The notes under the pieces were generated by a model. It saw only the letters and a list, made by a program, of their open reading frames with translations, was not told the DNA's origin and did no database searches. From Candidatus Bathyarchaeota archaeon (GTDB lineage: Archaea > Thermoproteota > Bathyarchaeia > Bathyarchaeales > Bathycorpusculaceae), in assembly GCA_009889605.1 (NCBI GenBank), contig WUQU01000530.1, forward strand, positions 1 through 58,173: a stretch of 58,173 nt of DNA, read 5' to 3'. The position numbers were made by a program, and so were the translations under genes. This document shows positions 18,333 to 26,344 of this stretch, piece by piece (the first letter of the stretch is position 1; every line of letters begins with the position of its first letter).

Positions 18333-19172
18333 TTATAAGAGAAGTTCAAGCCTGTTTAGGTTTCCCAGAAACGTTCCGTCTAGTAAGTATATTTCCGCGT
18401 TTTCCATGTCCACTGCTTCTGAACGGAGAACCGGCCCAACAATTTCTCCAGTTTTCCCGTTTCCAGCGTTTTTCTCGTTTAAGGGTTTTCCACCTAAATA
18501 GTCGTTGAAGGATGGCATTATGAAAACTTGTGAGGCCTTCGGTTTAACGCCATGTTTTTCCAAGGTTTCTTCTGGAGACTTTTCAATTTTTACGCCGTGT
18601 TTTTCCAGTAAGGTTTTCGCTAGCTGGGTTTTGTTGCAGTGGGCTCTCACCCAGACTTGGCGGGTTATTCTGAATCCCGCGGGGTCACGGAGGGATATGA
18701 CTGGGTGAACATGCCCCATTACAAGAGTTTTGCAGTTTAGCAGCGTAATAGATGGCCATCGATGCCCATGGAAAAAGCCTACTTCGCCTATGGCGGTGCC
18801 TGCGGACGGCAGAAGTTTTATGTTTTCAGGGAGAAGCGGTTCAAGGTTTCCATCGTGGTTTCCGCGGATGATTTGAATTTCTTTAACATGGTTTTTCAGT
18901 TCGGTGAAGAAGTCAGGTATGTCTTGCCATTCGCTTAGTTCAGCTGTTGCCACCGTGTGTTTCACGTCGCCCAGTATTAGAAGTTTTTCCGGTTTGTACG
19001 TTTTTATGAGAGCTTTTAGTTTTTGGAGAAGTTTAGGCGCTTGGGTTGGGACGTGTATGCCTTTTTCTGATAGGGCTATTTCCCATCCTATGTGAAGGTC
19101 TGTTATAACCATGGTTTTGGTTTCCTTAGTTTTTATCAGCGCAGCGGGGTGGGGCATTAGAGGGGTTATCAT
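18333..19172 (-). CDS. Calcineurin-like metallophosphoesterase
   Basis: VITDLHIG, LGDVKH, RGNHDG, FHGH and MGHVHP metal-ligand motifs. Confidence 0.85.
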   Translation of the reverse strand: MITPLMPHPAALIKTKETKTMVITDLHIGWEIALSEKGIHVPTQAPKLLQKLKALIKTYKPEKLLILGDVKHTVATAELSEWQDIPDFFTELKNHVKEIQIIRGNHDGNLEPLLPENIKLLPSAGTAIGEVGFFHGHRWPSITLLNCKTLVMGHVHPVISLRDPAGFRITRQVWVRAHCNKTQLAKTLLEKHGVKIEKSPEETLEKHGVKPKASQVFIMPSFNDYLGGKPLNEKNAGNGKTGEIVGPVLRSEAVDMENAEIYLLDGTFLGNLNRLELLL

Positions 19173-19184
19173 TTTGTTCAGCTT

Positions 19185-20012
19185 TCAAGCTTCTTTTATG
19201 AGGCTTAGGATTGTCTTGTGGATTTTCTGGTTTGCGGCTGCTATGAAAGTTAGCTTTTCCTTTGGGTCCAGTTTGGCGTTTAGGGGTTCCCCTTTGGGGG
19301 TTGTTATTTTTGCACCTGCTTCGTTTATTATTAGCCACGCTGCAGCTGTGTCTGTTGTGCGGAGTTTTCCGCGGATGTCTATGAAGGCGTCTGTTGTGCC
19401 GTCAGCCACATAGCAAAGTTCCAGTGCGTTGGCGCCTAAATGGCGTATATGCTTTGTCTTTTCGATTAGGCTTGTTAGGCGCGGGGCGACTTCGCTGGCT
19501 CTGTAGGTGTTTAGGTCTATGCCTACCACGGCGTCTTCAAGCGTCACTTTTTCCGACGGGATTATTTTTTTGTTGTCGCGTTGGGCGCCTTCGCCTTTTT
19601 TGGCTGTGTAGGTTGTGCCGTGGAAAAGGTCTGTAACCATCGCGGTGTGAACGGTGGTTAACTCTGGCTTTGTGGATACGGCTATGGATGTGGCGTAAAA
19701 CGGTATGCCCCTCATTAGGTTTGTTGTTCCGTCTATGGGGTCTACGGTTACATAGTTTTCTTCAGGGTTTTCGCCGTAGTTTTTTATGCCTGACTCCTCG
19801 CTTATTAGGGTGAAGGATAAGCCATATTCCTTCAGAGTTTCGGTTATAGCGTTTTCAGCGGTTAAGTCCACCAGTTTTATTGGGTCGCCGCCAGCTCCTA
19901 TGCCTAGGCTTGGCTTGGGCTGTTTCAGGGTTTTTAGAAGGGGAGCTATCTGCCTTTTCAGGTTGTCTCTGCATTGGATTAGGATGGGCAGCCAATCGAT
20001 TTGCTTTTTCAT
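19185..20012 (-). CDS. suhB: Inositol monophosphatase / FBPase family phosphatase
   Basis: LISEESG, VDPIDGTTN and TDTAAAWLIINEAGA motifs. ATG 20012 preferred over the ORF start at 20081. Confidence 0.85.
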   Translation of the reverse strand: MKKQIDWLPILIQCRDNLKRQIAPLLKTLKQPKPSLGIGAGGDPIKLVDLTAENAITETLKEYGLSFTLISEESGIKNYGENPEENYVTVDPIDGTTNLMRGIPFYATSIAVSTKPELTTVHTAMVTDLFHGTTYTAKKGEGAQRDNKKIIPSEKVTLEDAVVGIDLNTYRASEVAPRLTSLIEKTKHIRHLGANALELCYVADGTTDAFIDIRGKLRTTDTAAAWLIINEAGAKITTPKGEPLNAKLDPKEKLTFIAAANQKIHKTILSLIKEA

Positions 20013-20252
20013 AGGGTTTCTCGGTTTTTCATTAGGCTTTGTTTGATAAAGGCTTTGCTGAAAACAAATTGACGCTTGCATCCAAATTTAGGGGTTTACT
20101 TGAAATCTGAATAGAATTGTCTAGAAGAAATAGAACAATGATATAGTTTAAAAGTTCTCAACAGTTTATAAGTAAATAAATCTAATAACTGCACAAGGCG
20201 CCTCTAGATTAAACTGAAGGCTTAGAGATGCCGACAAAACTGGAAAAAACTC

Positions 20253-20633
20253 TTGACACTTTTAGGCGATGGTGAGTGGCACACCCACGAAGAAGTGGTT
20301 AACGCCCTGCAGATTCCAGAGGAGAAAGCGCAAACCATAACGCGGTTTCTGGCTGATGCAGACTTAATGGTTCTCAACAGGGAAACAAACCAGATAAAGC
20401 TAAACCAGAACTGGAAAACCCTTATTGTAAACCAGAAAGAGCAGGGCCCAGAAACAGAGGCGCAAGCGGAGGAACCACCAGAAAGCACGGCGGTGGGAAC
20501 GATTATTATTCCGCCGCAAAAAACCATTGTAATTCAAAACACTCAGATAACAAATTTGATGGATGTAAGCCTAGAGTTGGAAATCCGCGTGGACAAAAAG
20601 CTGAAAGAAATAGCTATAAACAAAGTAGAATAG
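20253..20633 (+). CDS. Small winged-helix-like protein with acidic/low-complexity middle
   Basis: LLTLLGDGEWHTHEEVVNALQIPEEKAQTITRFLADADLM. An SD-preceded ATG at 20228 would join this frame if the A6 run 20244-20249 were one base shorter. Confidence 0.45.
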   Translation: MTLLGDGEWHTHEEVVNALQIPEEKAQTITRFLADADLMVLNRETNQIKLNQNWKTLIVNQKEQGPETEAQAEEPPESTAVGTIIIPPQKTIVIQNTQITNLMDVSLELEIRVDKKLKEIAINKVE

Positions 20634-20644
20634 TCTATCAGCTT

Positions 20645-20908
20645 TTAACTGGATAAGAGTTCGCTGGCCTTTCGCAAAACTTTTAGGAGTTCCCGTCCTT
20701 TTGCACTTGTTTTATAAATTGTAATTGTTGAACCTTCAAGATTGTTTTCTTCAATTTTTTCGATTAAGTCGGCGTCTAGCAGCTCCTTTAAATAGCGGTT
20801 AAAGAGTCCAAAATTTAGGTTGCAACTGTACATTAGTCTAGTTTTGTTGGCGCCTTCCGAAGCCTCGGTGTGGCTTCTTCTCTTCCTAAGCTTCGTCATG
20901 GCGTCCAA
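20645..20908 (-). CDS. Small archaeal wHTH regulator (COG3432-like)
   Basis: GANKTRLMYSCNLNFGLFNRYLKELLDADLI...YKTSAKGRELL pattern. The N-terminus looks shortened relative to this family. Confidence 0.55.
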   Translation of the reverse strand: MDAMTKLRKRRSHTEASEGANKTRLMYSCNLNFGLFNRYLKELLDADLIEKIEENNLEGSTITIYKTSAKGRELLKVLRKASELLSS

Positions 20909-20949
20909 CTCTGAATTGGAATTTAACTATAGAAATGTTTGTGGTAATT

Positions 20950-20991
20950 TCTAATAAAGCTTAAAGCTAATCTAATAAAGCTTAAAGCTAA
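20950..20991. repeat. Perfect 21-bp tandem direct repeat (2 copies)
   Basis: TCTAATAAAGCTTAAAGCTAA occurs at 20950-20970 and again at 20971-20991, directly upstream of the TATA-like region of gene 20645-20908. Confidence 0.9.
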
Positions 20992-21127
20992 CTCGAAAAG
21001 AGGCTTCAGCCTAGAAAATTTAGAAAACATTAAGCTGGACTGCGTGTCATAGAAATTAGAGGATACAAAAGGGAAAAGGAGTTTGGGGTTTAACTTTTAA
21101 AAGATTGAAGCTTTTCCAAAACTTTCT

Positions 21128-21436
21128 CTAAATCAGCATTTTTTCTAGGAAAATGCTTATTTTGTTTTCGCCGAAAGCCAGTGAAAGCACTTTAATTTTT
21201 TCCCCATCAATAATTATGTGTTTAATGTCTCCGAGGTTGAAGATTTCTGAGAGTTCCTCCCCAGCGTCCAAAGAGGGGGATGAGAGAATTGCGTATTCGA
21301 TGAGTTTTGATGGGTCTTTGAGGTCTATGGCTGCAGATGTGGAATTCCGCAATATATAGCCAATCACGCCGTCGTATCCTTTAATCTCTTCTAGGCTTGC
21401 TTTTAAATTTTCAATTGGTACGGGCTCAATAGCCAC
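21128..21436 (-). CDS. Roadblock/LC7 (MglB-like) fold small protein
   Basis: alpha-beta-beta-alpha-beta-beta pattern: LKASLEEIKGYDGVIGYILRNS..AAIDL...IKHIIIDGEKIKVLSLAFGENKISIFL. A GGAGG-preceded ATG at 21483 joins this frame if T6 21470-21475 is one base longer. Confidence 0.5.
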   Translation of the reverse strand: MAIEPVPIENLKASLEEIKGYDGVIGYILRNSTSAAIDLKDPSKLIEYAILSSPSLDAGEELSEIFNLGDIKHIIIDGEKIKVLSLAFGENKISIFLEKMLI

Positions 21437-21496
21437 TGGTTCGGCTACAGCGGTGAAGCTTTCAGCTGATTTTTTCTAGCCATATATACGCCTCCA

Positions 21497-21913
21497 TTAT
21501 TCAACGACGGGCTTGACTCTTACAAGTTCGCCCTTCTTAATTTCTAGGCTAAGCTGCATTTTTTCCGGCATCTGCACGACGCCTTTTCCAAGGTATTTTG
21601 AGTCTTTTATGGGTTTAACTTTACATCTTAAGGTTTTTCCATCAAAGGTTTCAATGTCCACAAGTTCGATGGGTTGACCGCCGAAAGTGTTTTCCCATTC
21701 GGAGAACATTTCGCTGTCTATGCGCACCGTGTCAGATGGGACAAGCAGTCCACCGAGGTTTTCCACTATAAGCTGTGTAGGTTGAGGCTCAACGTTTAAA
21801 GCTTTATGGGTAGGCTCGGCGGGTTCAGTTTTAGGTTTAGGCGTGACTTCTTCGCTGGGCTTTGTGGTTAATTCTGCTTCTTCAACAAGCTCTTTTTCAG
21901 CGAGTTCTTCCAC
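21497..21913 (-). CDS. Acidic E/P/T/K-rich linker plus C-terminal small beta-barrel (AbrB / VAT-N cradle-loop-like) domain
   Basis: Two similar half-motifs TVRIDSEMFSEW and GVVQMPEKMQLSLEIKKGELVRVKPV. The frame stays open upstream into the 3' end of the preceding gene. Confidence 0.4.
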   Translation of the reverse strand: MEELAEKELVEEAELTTKPSEEVTPKPKTEPAEPTHKALNVEPQPTQLIVENLGGLLVPSDTVRIDSEMFSEWENTFGGQPIELVDIETFDGKTLRCKVKPIKDSKYLGKGVVQMPEKMQLSLEIKKGELVRVKPVVE

Positions 21914-21933
21914 TGGTTCTTCTTCTTTAGCTT

Positions 21934-22392
21934 CTAGAGGCTCAGGCTCAGTTTCGGTTTTAACCTCTGCGGCAGGCTCAGCAGGTTCAGCAAGCGTGGG
22001 GGAAGACTTTTTGTGGGGGTAGGGCTGAGCTTCTCTAAAACTCTGAGAACCGTTGGGATTAGGACGCGGGTGAGAGTGCCCACGTATTTCATGTCAGCTT
22101 TTTCAGAAGCAACCGTGACAAGGTAGTTTTCGCCGAAGCGGGAAAGCGTAACAGTGCCTTTTCCGCCTTCCATGGTTACGCTTTCGATTCCGCCTATGGC
22201 GTCAGCCCTTTCCATTATGCTGTCAAAAGCGTCTATAACGCGGACTATGACTTTTTCACTGGTTTCAGCGTCTCCAGCCGCTATTTCGCCTTCTTCTGTA
22301 AAAAGGAAGGCGTGGTTAATGTCTGGGCAGGCGTTTCGCATCTCGTCTAGGGTATTCTTTAATGCTATGGAGTAGACTTCTTTATCAAGCAT
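21934..22392 (-). CDS. Roadblock/LC7 (MglB-like) domain protein
   Basis: Full alpha-beta-beta-alpha-beta-beta-alpha pattern: LKNTLDEMRNACPDINHAFLFTEEGEIAAG...IESVTMEGGKGTVTLSRFGENYLVTVASEK...LIPTVLRVLEKL. The last 30 aa look out of frame. Confidence 0.5.
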   Translation of the reverse strand: MLDKEVYSIALKNTLDEMRNACPDINHAFLFTEEGEIAAGDAETSEKVIVRVIDAFDSIMERADAIGGIESVTMEGGKGTVTLSRFGENYLVTVASEKADMKYVGTLTRVLIPTVLRVLEKLSPTPTKSLPPRLLNLLSLPQRLKPKLSLSL

Positions 22393-22422
22393 GTGTATGC
22401 GCCTCTTTTAACTGGGATGGGT

Positions 22423-22848
22423 TTAGGTTATTTTGAAGAGTATGCGTTCCGGCACTCCATCGTTTTCGACAACAATGTATTTTAGGCCTTCAGTGTCGCC
22501 TAGCTGGTCCAACCATTTTAGGGCTTCGCGGGCTTTCTGCAGCACTAAGAGTCTTTCCTGGTAGCTGCGGACGACTTGTTCTATGGCTGTGAGTTCGTGG
22601 AACGGGTTTGCGTCTAAGACTATGCTTAGGGTGCCAACGGTGATTTCGCCTAGGCTTTCAGCAGCAGCCTTTTTGCCTGCCAGTTTCATGACTACTTCGC
22701 GGATTTTCTTGGATTTTTCAGCTAAAGCCCTTATGTCGTCTAGGCGGCGCAGGTACTCGCCCAAAGTGCTTTTTGTTTCGGATATTTCTTTGTCTAGGGT
22801 TTCGGCTATGTCTTCAGCCGAAGCATACTCCTTTATTTCTATTACCAT
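22423..22848 (-). CDS. Coiled-coil protein of unknown function
   Basis: 141 aa with helical heptad-like segments (LGEYLRRLDDIRALAEKSKKIREVVMKL; VVRSYQERLLVLQKAREALKWL). GGAGGTG SD lies 10 nt upstream of the ATG. Confidence 0.45.
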   Translation of the reverse strand: MVIEIKEYASAEDIAETLDKEISETKSTLGEYLRRLDDIRALAEKSKKIREVVMKLAGKKAAAESLGEITVGTLSIVLDANPFHELTAIEQVVRSYQERLLVLQKAREALKWLDQLGDTEGLKYIVVENDGVPERILFKIT

Positions 22849-22953
22849 TTTGTTTACACACCTCCAATGAACGGAAACAAATGAGGGAATTTAGGCCGAT
22901 ATTTTGCCAACCCTACCCACAACTTCTGCCAACAGACAACAAAGAGGGGAAAT

Positions 22954-23363
22954 TTACGATGGAGCAGTTGCTTGATATGAGCCCACCACTTGTCCGCTAC
23001 CATCAAAGAGATCAATCTTATACGGATTACCAGCTGTCCATGCATACTTTATCTTTACTACTCCAGTTGCTCCAGAAGTAAATGTTCCTGTTTGTGGACT
23101 AAATGTAAAATTAGCAGGTTGGCCGTTAACTTTCACTGTAGCAATTGTCACAGTATTTGTTCCCGTGTTCTTTAAAGCTACAACAATCGTACTGTTGCTT
23201 GAAATTGCACGTTTGTTATTGTTACCGAGGATGATCCCATGAATCCTATTGTTAGGGCTCCCATCCAAGCTGCTACGGCGATGCTGACTGCTACTATTAC
23301 GGCTATGAGTATGATTGAGGCTACGACGGGGATTAGGGCTTTCTTGCTTTTCAGTATTTTCAT
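22954..23363 (-). pseudogene. Archaeal type IV pilin-like protein (class III signal peptide), frameshifted
   Basis: N-terminus MKILKSKKA/LIPVVASIILIAVIVAVSIAV (DUF361-type). The body continues in the -1 frame (SSNSTIVVALKNTGTNTVTIATVKVNG...). The switch is at AAA/TTT 23202-23204. Confidence 0.65.
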
Positions 23364-23540
23364 TTTTCTGTTTATCCCTCCTTTTTGGGTTATCGTGTAT
23401 TTTAGGGGAAGGTTGAGGATTTAAATCTTACGACTTAATACACAATATTCAATATTTGTAAAACAAAACAACAAAACACATCAAACCAAAATACGGAAAA
23501 AGAGTTAAATTTGACAATACTACCAGCAGTAGACAGAAAA

Positions 23541-23552
23541 TTTTTATATATT
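23541..23552 (+). promoter_or_regulatory. Candidate TATA box for a leaderless vapBC transcript
   Basis: TTTTTATATATT is centred about 26 nt upstream of GTG 23572. Confidence 0.35.
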
Positions 23553-23571
23553 CATATGTATATGTAAAACG

Positions 23572-23811
23572 GTGATCAAAACGGCCAAAACAATTGCAGT
23601 TTCAGACGATGTTTACGAGTTACTAGTCAAATCAAAGCTCCCAAACGAAAGCTTCAGCGACGTCATACGCCGATCCCTCAAAAAAGGAATGCGACTCAGC
23701 GACATTGCAGGCTCAAAAACCATTAGCGAAGAAGACTGGAAAAAAGTCTTAAAAGCCTTTGAACCTCAAAGGAAAGCAGACGAGGAAAAAAGAAGAAAAC
23801 TGCTGCAGTAG
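23572..23811 (+). CDS. vapB: VapB-type antitoxin (archaeal COG1753-like)
   Basis: TIAVSDDVYELLVKSKLPNESFSDVIRRSL signature. Lies immediately upstream of a PIN gene. Confidence 0.7.
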   Translation: MIKTAKTIAVSDDVYELLVKSKLPNESFSDVIRRSLKKGMRLSDIAGSKTISEEDWKKVLKAFEPQRKADEEKRRKLLQ

Positions 23812-23826
23812 GGGCGGTGGCATCCC

Positions 23827-24237
23827 TTGAAAATCTTCGACACAACATTCCTAATAGACTTAATAAAAGGAGACGAAGGCGCCCTACAAAAAGCAAAAGA
23901 AATAGACGCTGAAGGAACATTCAAAGCCATCTCCGTAGTCACAGTCCACGAGTATCTGCGGGGAATTTACTACCTATTCAGCCACGACAAAGAACTGTTA
24001 AAGACCAAACTTGAAAAAGCAGAAGCAGAACTAATCCGATTTGAAATCATGCCATACACCTACGAAACAGCTAAAACCGCGGCAGAAATCGACGCTCAAC
24101 TCGCCTTAAACGGCCAAACCATAAGCTTCTCAGACACAATAATAGCAGCAACAGCATTACACTACAAATTAACATTAGTCACACGAAATATAGCACACTT
24201 TTCAAGAGTACCTAACCTACAGATTGAAAATTACTAG
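23827..24237 (+). CDS. vapC: PIN-domain ribonuclease toxin VapC
   Basis: Acidic residues in the expected places (IFDTTFLID; TVHEYL; FSDTIIAATA; TRNIAHF). 136 aa, TTG start. Confidence 0.8.
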   Translation: MKIFDTTFLIDLIKGDEGALQKAKEIDAEGTFKAISVVTVHEYLRGIYYLFSHDKELLKTKLEKAEAELIRFEIMPYTYETAKTAAEIDAQLALNGQTISFSDTIIAATALHYKLTLVTRNIAHFSRVPNLQIENY

Positions 24238-24270
24238 AATTAAAGCCTTCCAGCCTAAAGCCTTTAACGT

Positions 24271-24630
24271 TTAAACTTCTAGCTTGTCAAAGAACTCCAG
24301 CAGAAGCTTCGCTATTTTTTCGCCGAACTCAGTCTTCGTATACTTCTTCTTCAACGGGTCGATACGCTCGCTTTTAGCCAATCCCAACTCTTCAATCTCA
24401 ATCATCCTAGCCCTGAAAGTGCCATCGCTAAGCGTCAAACCGTTCTCCCGCATAAAATCCTTAGCCTCTTTCCACTTGCCACGCCCCAAATACAAAAGCA
24501 ATAGACAGTCTATGGCATGATCCTTCTCCAGCATAGCCTTAATCGCTGAAAGCTTCGGATCCGTCAATATCCGTTTAACCCTCTCCTCGTCTCCAATCTC
24601 AACACTTTTAGCTTTAACCATCATGCTCAA
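24271..24630 (-). CDS. Small winged-helix-like protein
   Basis: CLLLLYLGRGKWKEAKDFMRENGLTLSDGTFRARMIEIEELGLAKSERI resembles an HxlR/MarR-like wHTH. Confidence 0.4.
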   Translation of the reverse strand: MSMMVKAKSVEIGDEERVKRILTDPKLSAIKAMLEKDHAIDCLLLLYLGRGKWKEAKDFMRENGLTLSDGTFRARMIEIEELGLAKSERIDPLKKKYTKTEFGEKIAKLLLEFFDKLEV

Positions 24631-24936
24631 CCAACTGGCGTTTTTACCCTTTTCAATATACGCACATTCCCTTTAAAAGATTTAACCTATATTACGAATC
24701 ATGACATAATACAACACAGCAAAACATAACCACAACAGACTCATCCATACCCACAAAACCCCGTAAAACGCTGAAAACAGCCACATAAAGACAAACTGCA
24801 CACTTCAAATGTTGTCGGCGCAAAAAATCAACAAACAACGACATTTAAACACAGCACAAACTGTAAACCACAACACCCTATTCATTCACGGAAATAAACC
24901 ATTAAAAGCAGACTCTTCCTTTTTAACACAATAAAG

Positions 24937-25708
24937 ATGGGAAAAATGAAAGGCTACCTCTGCCTCCTAATTTTAATAATCGCCGCCTACAGCCTGCCTC
25001 TAAAGTTTTCCTTGTCAGCCAATCCAGAAAACCAAAAGAAAGTTGCCCTTTTCTTCGACGACGGCTGGAAAGACCAGTATGACAAGGCTTTCCCAGTTCT
25101 GAAAAATTTCGGTTTCAAAGCCACATTCGCAGTCATAACAGAATACATTGGACTTGACAGAGGAACCTCAAAGGCTAGGATGAACTTATCTGAACTGAAA
25201 GAACTGCAAAACAGCGGAATGGAAATAGCTTCCCACACCAAAACCCACCCCCACATGTTAAACCTCACCCATAAAAAATTAATAGACGAAATTGCAAACT
25301 CCAAAAAAGCCCTAACCCAGCTAGGATTTAACGTGGAAACTTTTGTTTACCCTTCATGGAGAATGGAACCAGACAATAATAGGCTATGTGAAGGAAGCAG
25401 GCTATACTTGTGCAAGAACCATAAAGCCAGAAGCCTACACACTTGAAAACCAAGAGGCAAACACGCGTTATCACATAGGCTCATGGGCCATAACAAACCA
25501 AACCCTTGAAGACTTCCAAAAAGTCCTAGAAAACGCAAACAAAAACACAGTAATAGTGCTAACCTACCACCATATAGCCGACGACTGCCCAGAGGAAACA
25601 AGCACACCAACCCAAAACTTCAAAGAACAGATAAAATACCTAAAAGAAAACGGCTTCGAAGTGGTACTTTTATCACAAGTTTTAGCAAACACTAAAAAAC
25701 AGCCTTGA
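24937..25708 (+). pseudogene. Secreted polysaccharide deacetylase (CE4/NodB-like), frameshifted
   Basis: Signal/TM segment, then FFDDGWKDQY and SHTKTHPHM metal motifs. The frame breaks at 25353-25354, and removing one T gives FVYPHGEWNQTIIGYVKEAGY. Confidence 0.7.
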
Positions 25709-25794
25709 AGCTTTCTTCAACTAGAAGCGACAGCAATCATAGGTAGCGCGGCGGTCTGCAGCCTAATCGCATTTCAGAAACGGAAAAAGATGTT

Positions 25795-26280
25795 TTAGGA
25801 GCGTTTTTCTTCCTCGGCAACGTTGCCTTCACGCAGTGTCCAATCGGGAACACGGGCTTCAGGGAAAGAGTCTATCCTTGGAATGTATGGTTTAATGTCC
25901 ACTATTGGCGAGCCTTCAAAGGCGTCAAGCCCCTTCACGGTTAAAACACAATTTTCAACTTCAAGCAGTTCCACAACGCATAAGCCAATCGGATTTGGGC
26001 GGGACGGGCTTCTACACGCGAAAACTCCGGTTTCCACATTCACCTTATGCCTTCTTGGAAAAACAAGAAGAGTACGCCTTTCCGCTTTGCTGTCACGAAG
26101 ATGAACCCAATACAATATTATTAAGTGAGAAAATCCTTCTATGCCCTTAAGCCCGCCGCAAAACTCTGGAAAAACCCTCACTTTCGCCCTCTGCCCTCCC
26201 GCTTCCTCCACAACACCTATAAAGCGAACCGTGCCACATGCCACAATCAAGCACCACCAAGCTTTACACAAACAATTCAA
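25795..26280 (-). CDS. trmO: TsaA/YaeB-family tRNA methyltransferase TrmO
   Basis: GFSHLIILYWVH, SRPNPIGLCVVELLEVE and GSPIVDIKPYIP motifs. The true start is probably GTG 26244. Confidence 0.8.
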   Translation of the reverse strand: MNCLCKAWWCLIVACGTVRFIGVVEEAGGQRAKVRVFPEFCGGLKGIEGFSHLIILYWVHLRDSKAERRTLLVFPRRHKVNVETGVFACRSPSRPNPIGLCVVELLEVENCVLTVKGLDAFEGSPIVDIKPYIPRIDSFPEARVPDWTLREGNVAEEEKRS

Positions 26281-26289
26281 TTAGGAAAG

Positions 26290-26301
26290 TTTAAATAAAA
26301 T
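26290..26301 (+). promoter_or_regulatory. Candidate TATA box of the rps13 operon
   Basis: TTTAAATAAAAT lies about 45-55 nt upstream of ATG 26345. Confidence 0.3.
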
Positions 26302-26344
26302 ATGGTTTACTTTTAGTTTGCTAATAAAACATGGAAGGCGCCAA

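Noticed and set aside
20950-20991. CRISPR-like repeat
   Set aside because: There are only two directly abutting 21-bp copies with no spacers, and no cas genes in the window.
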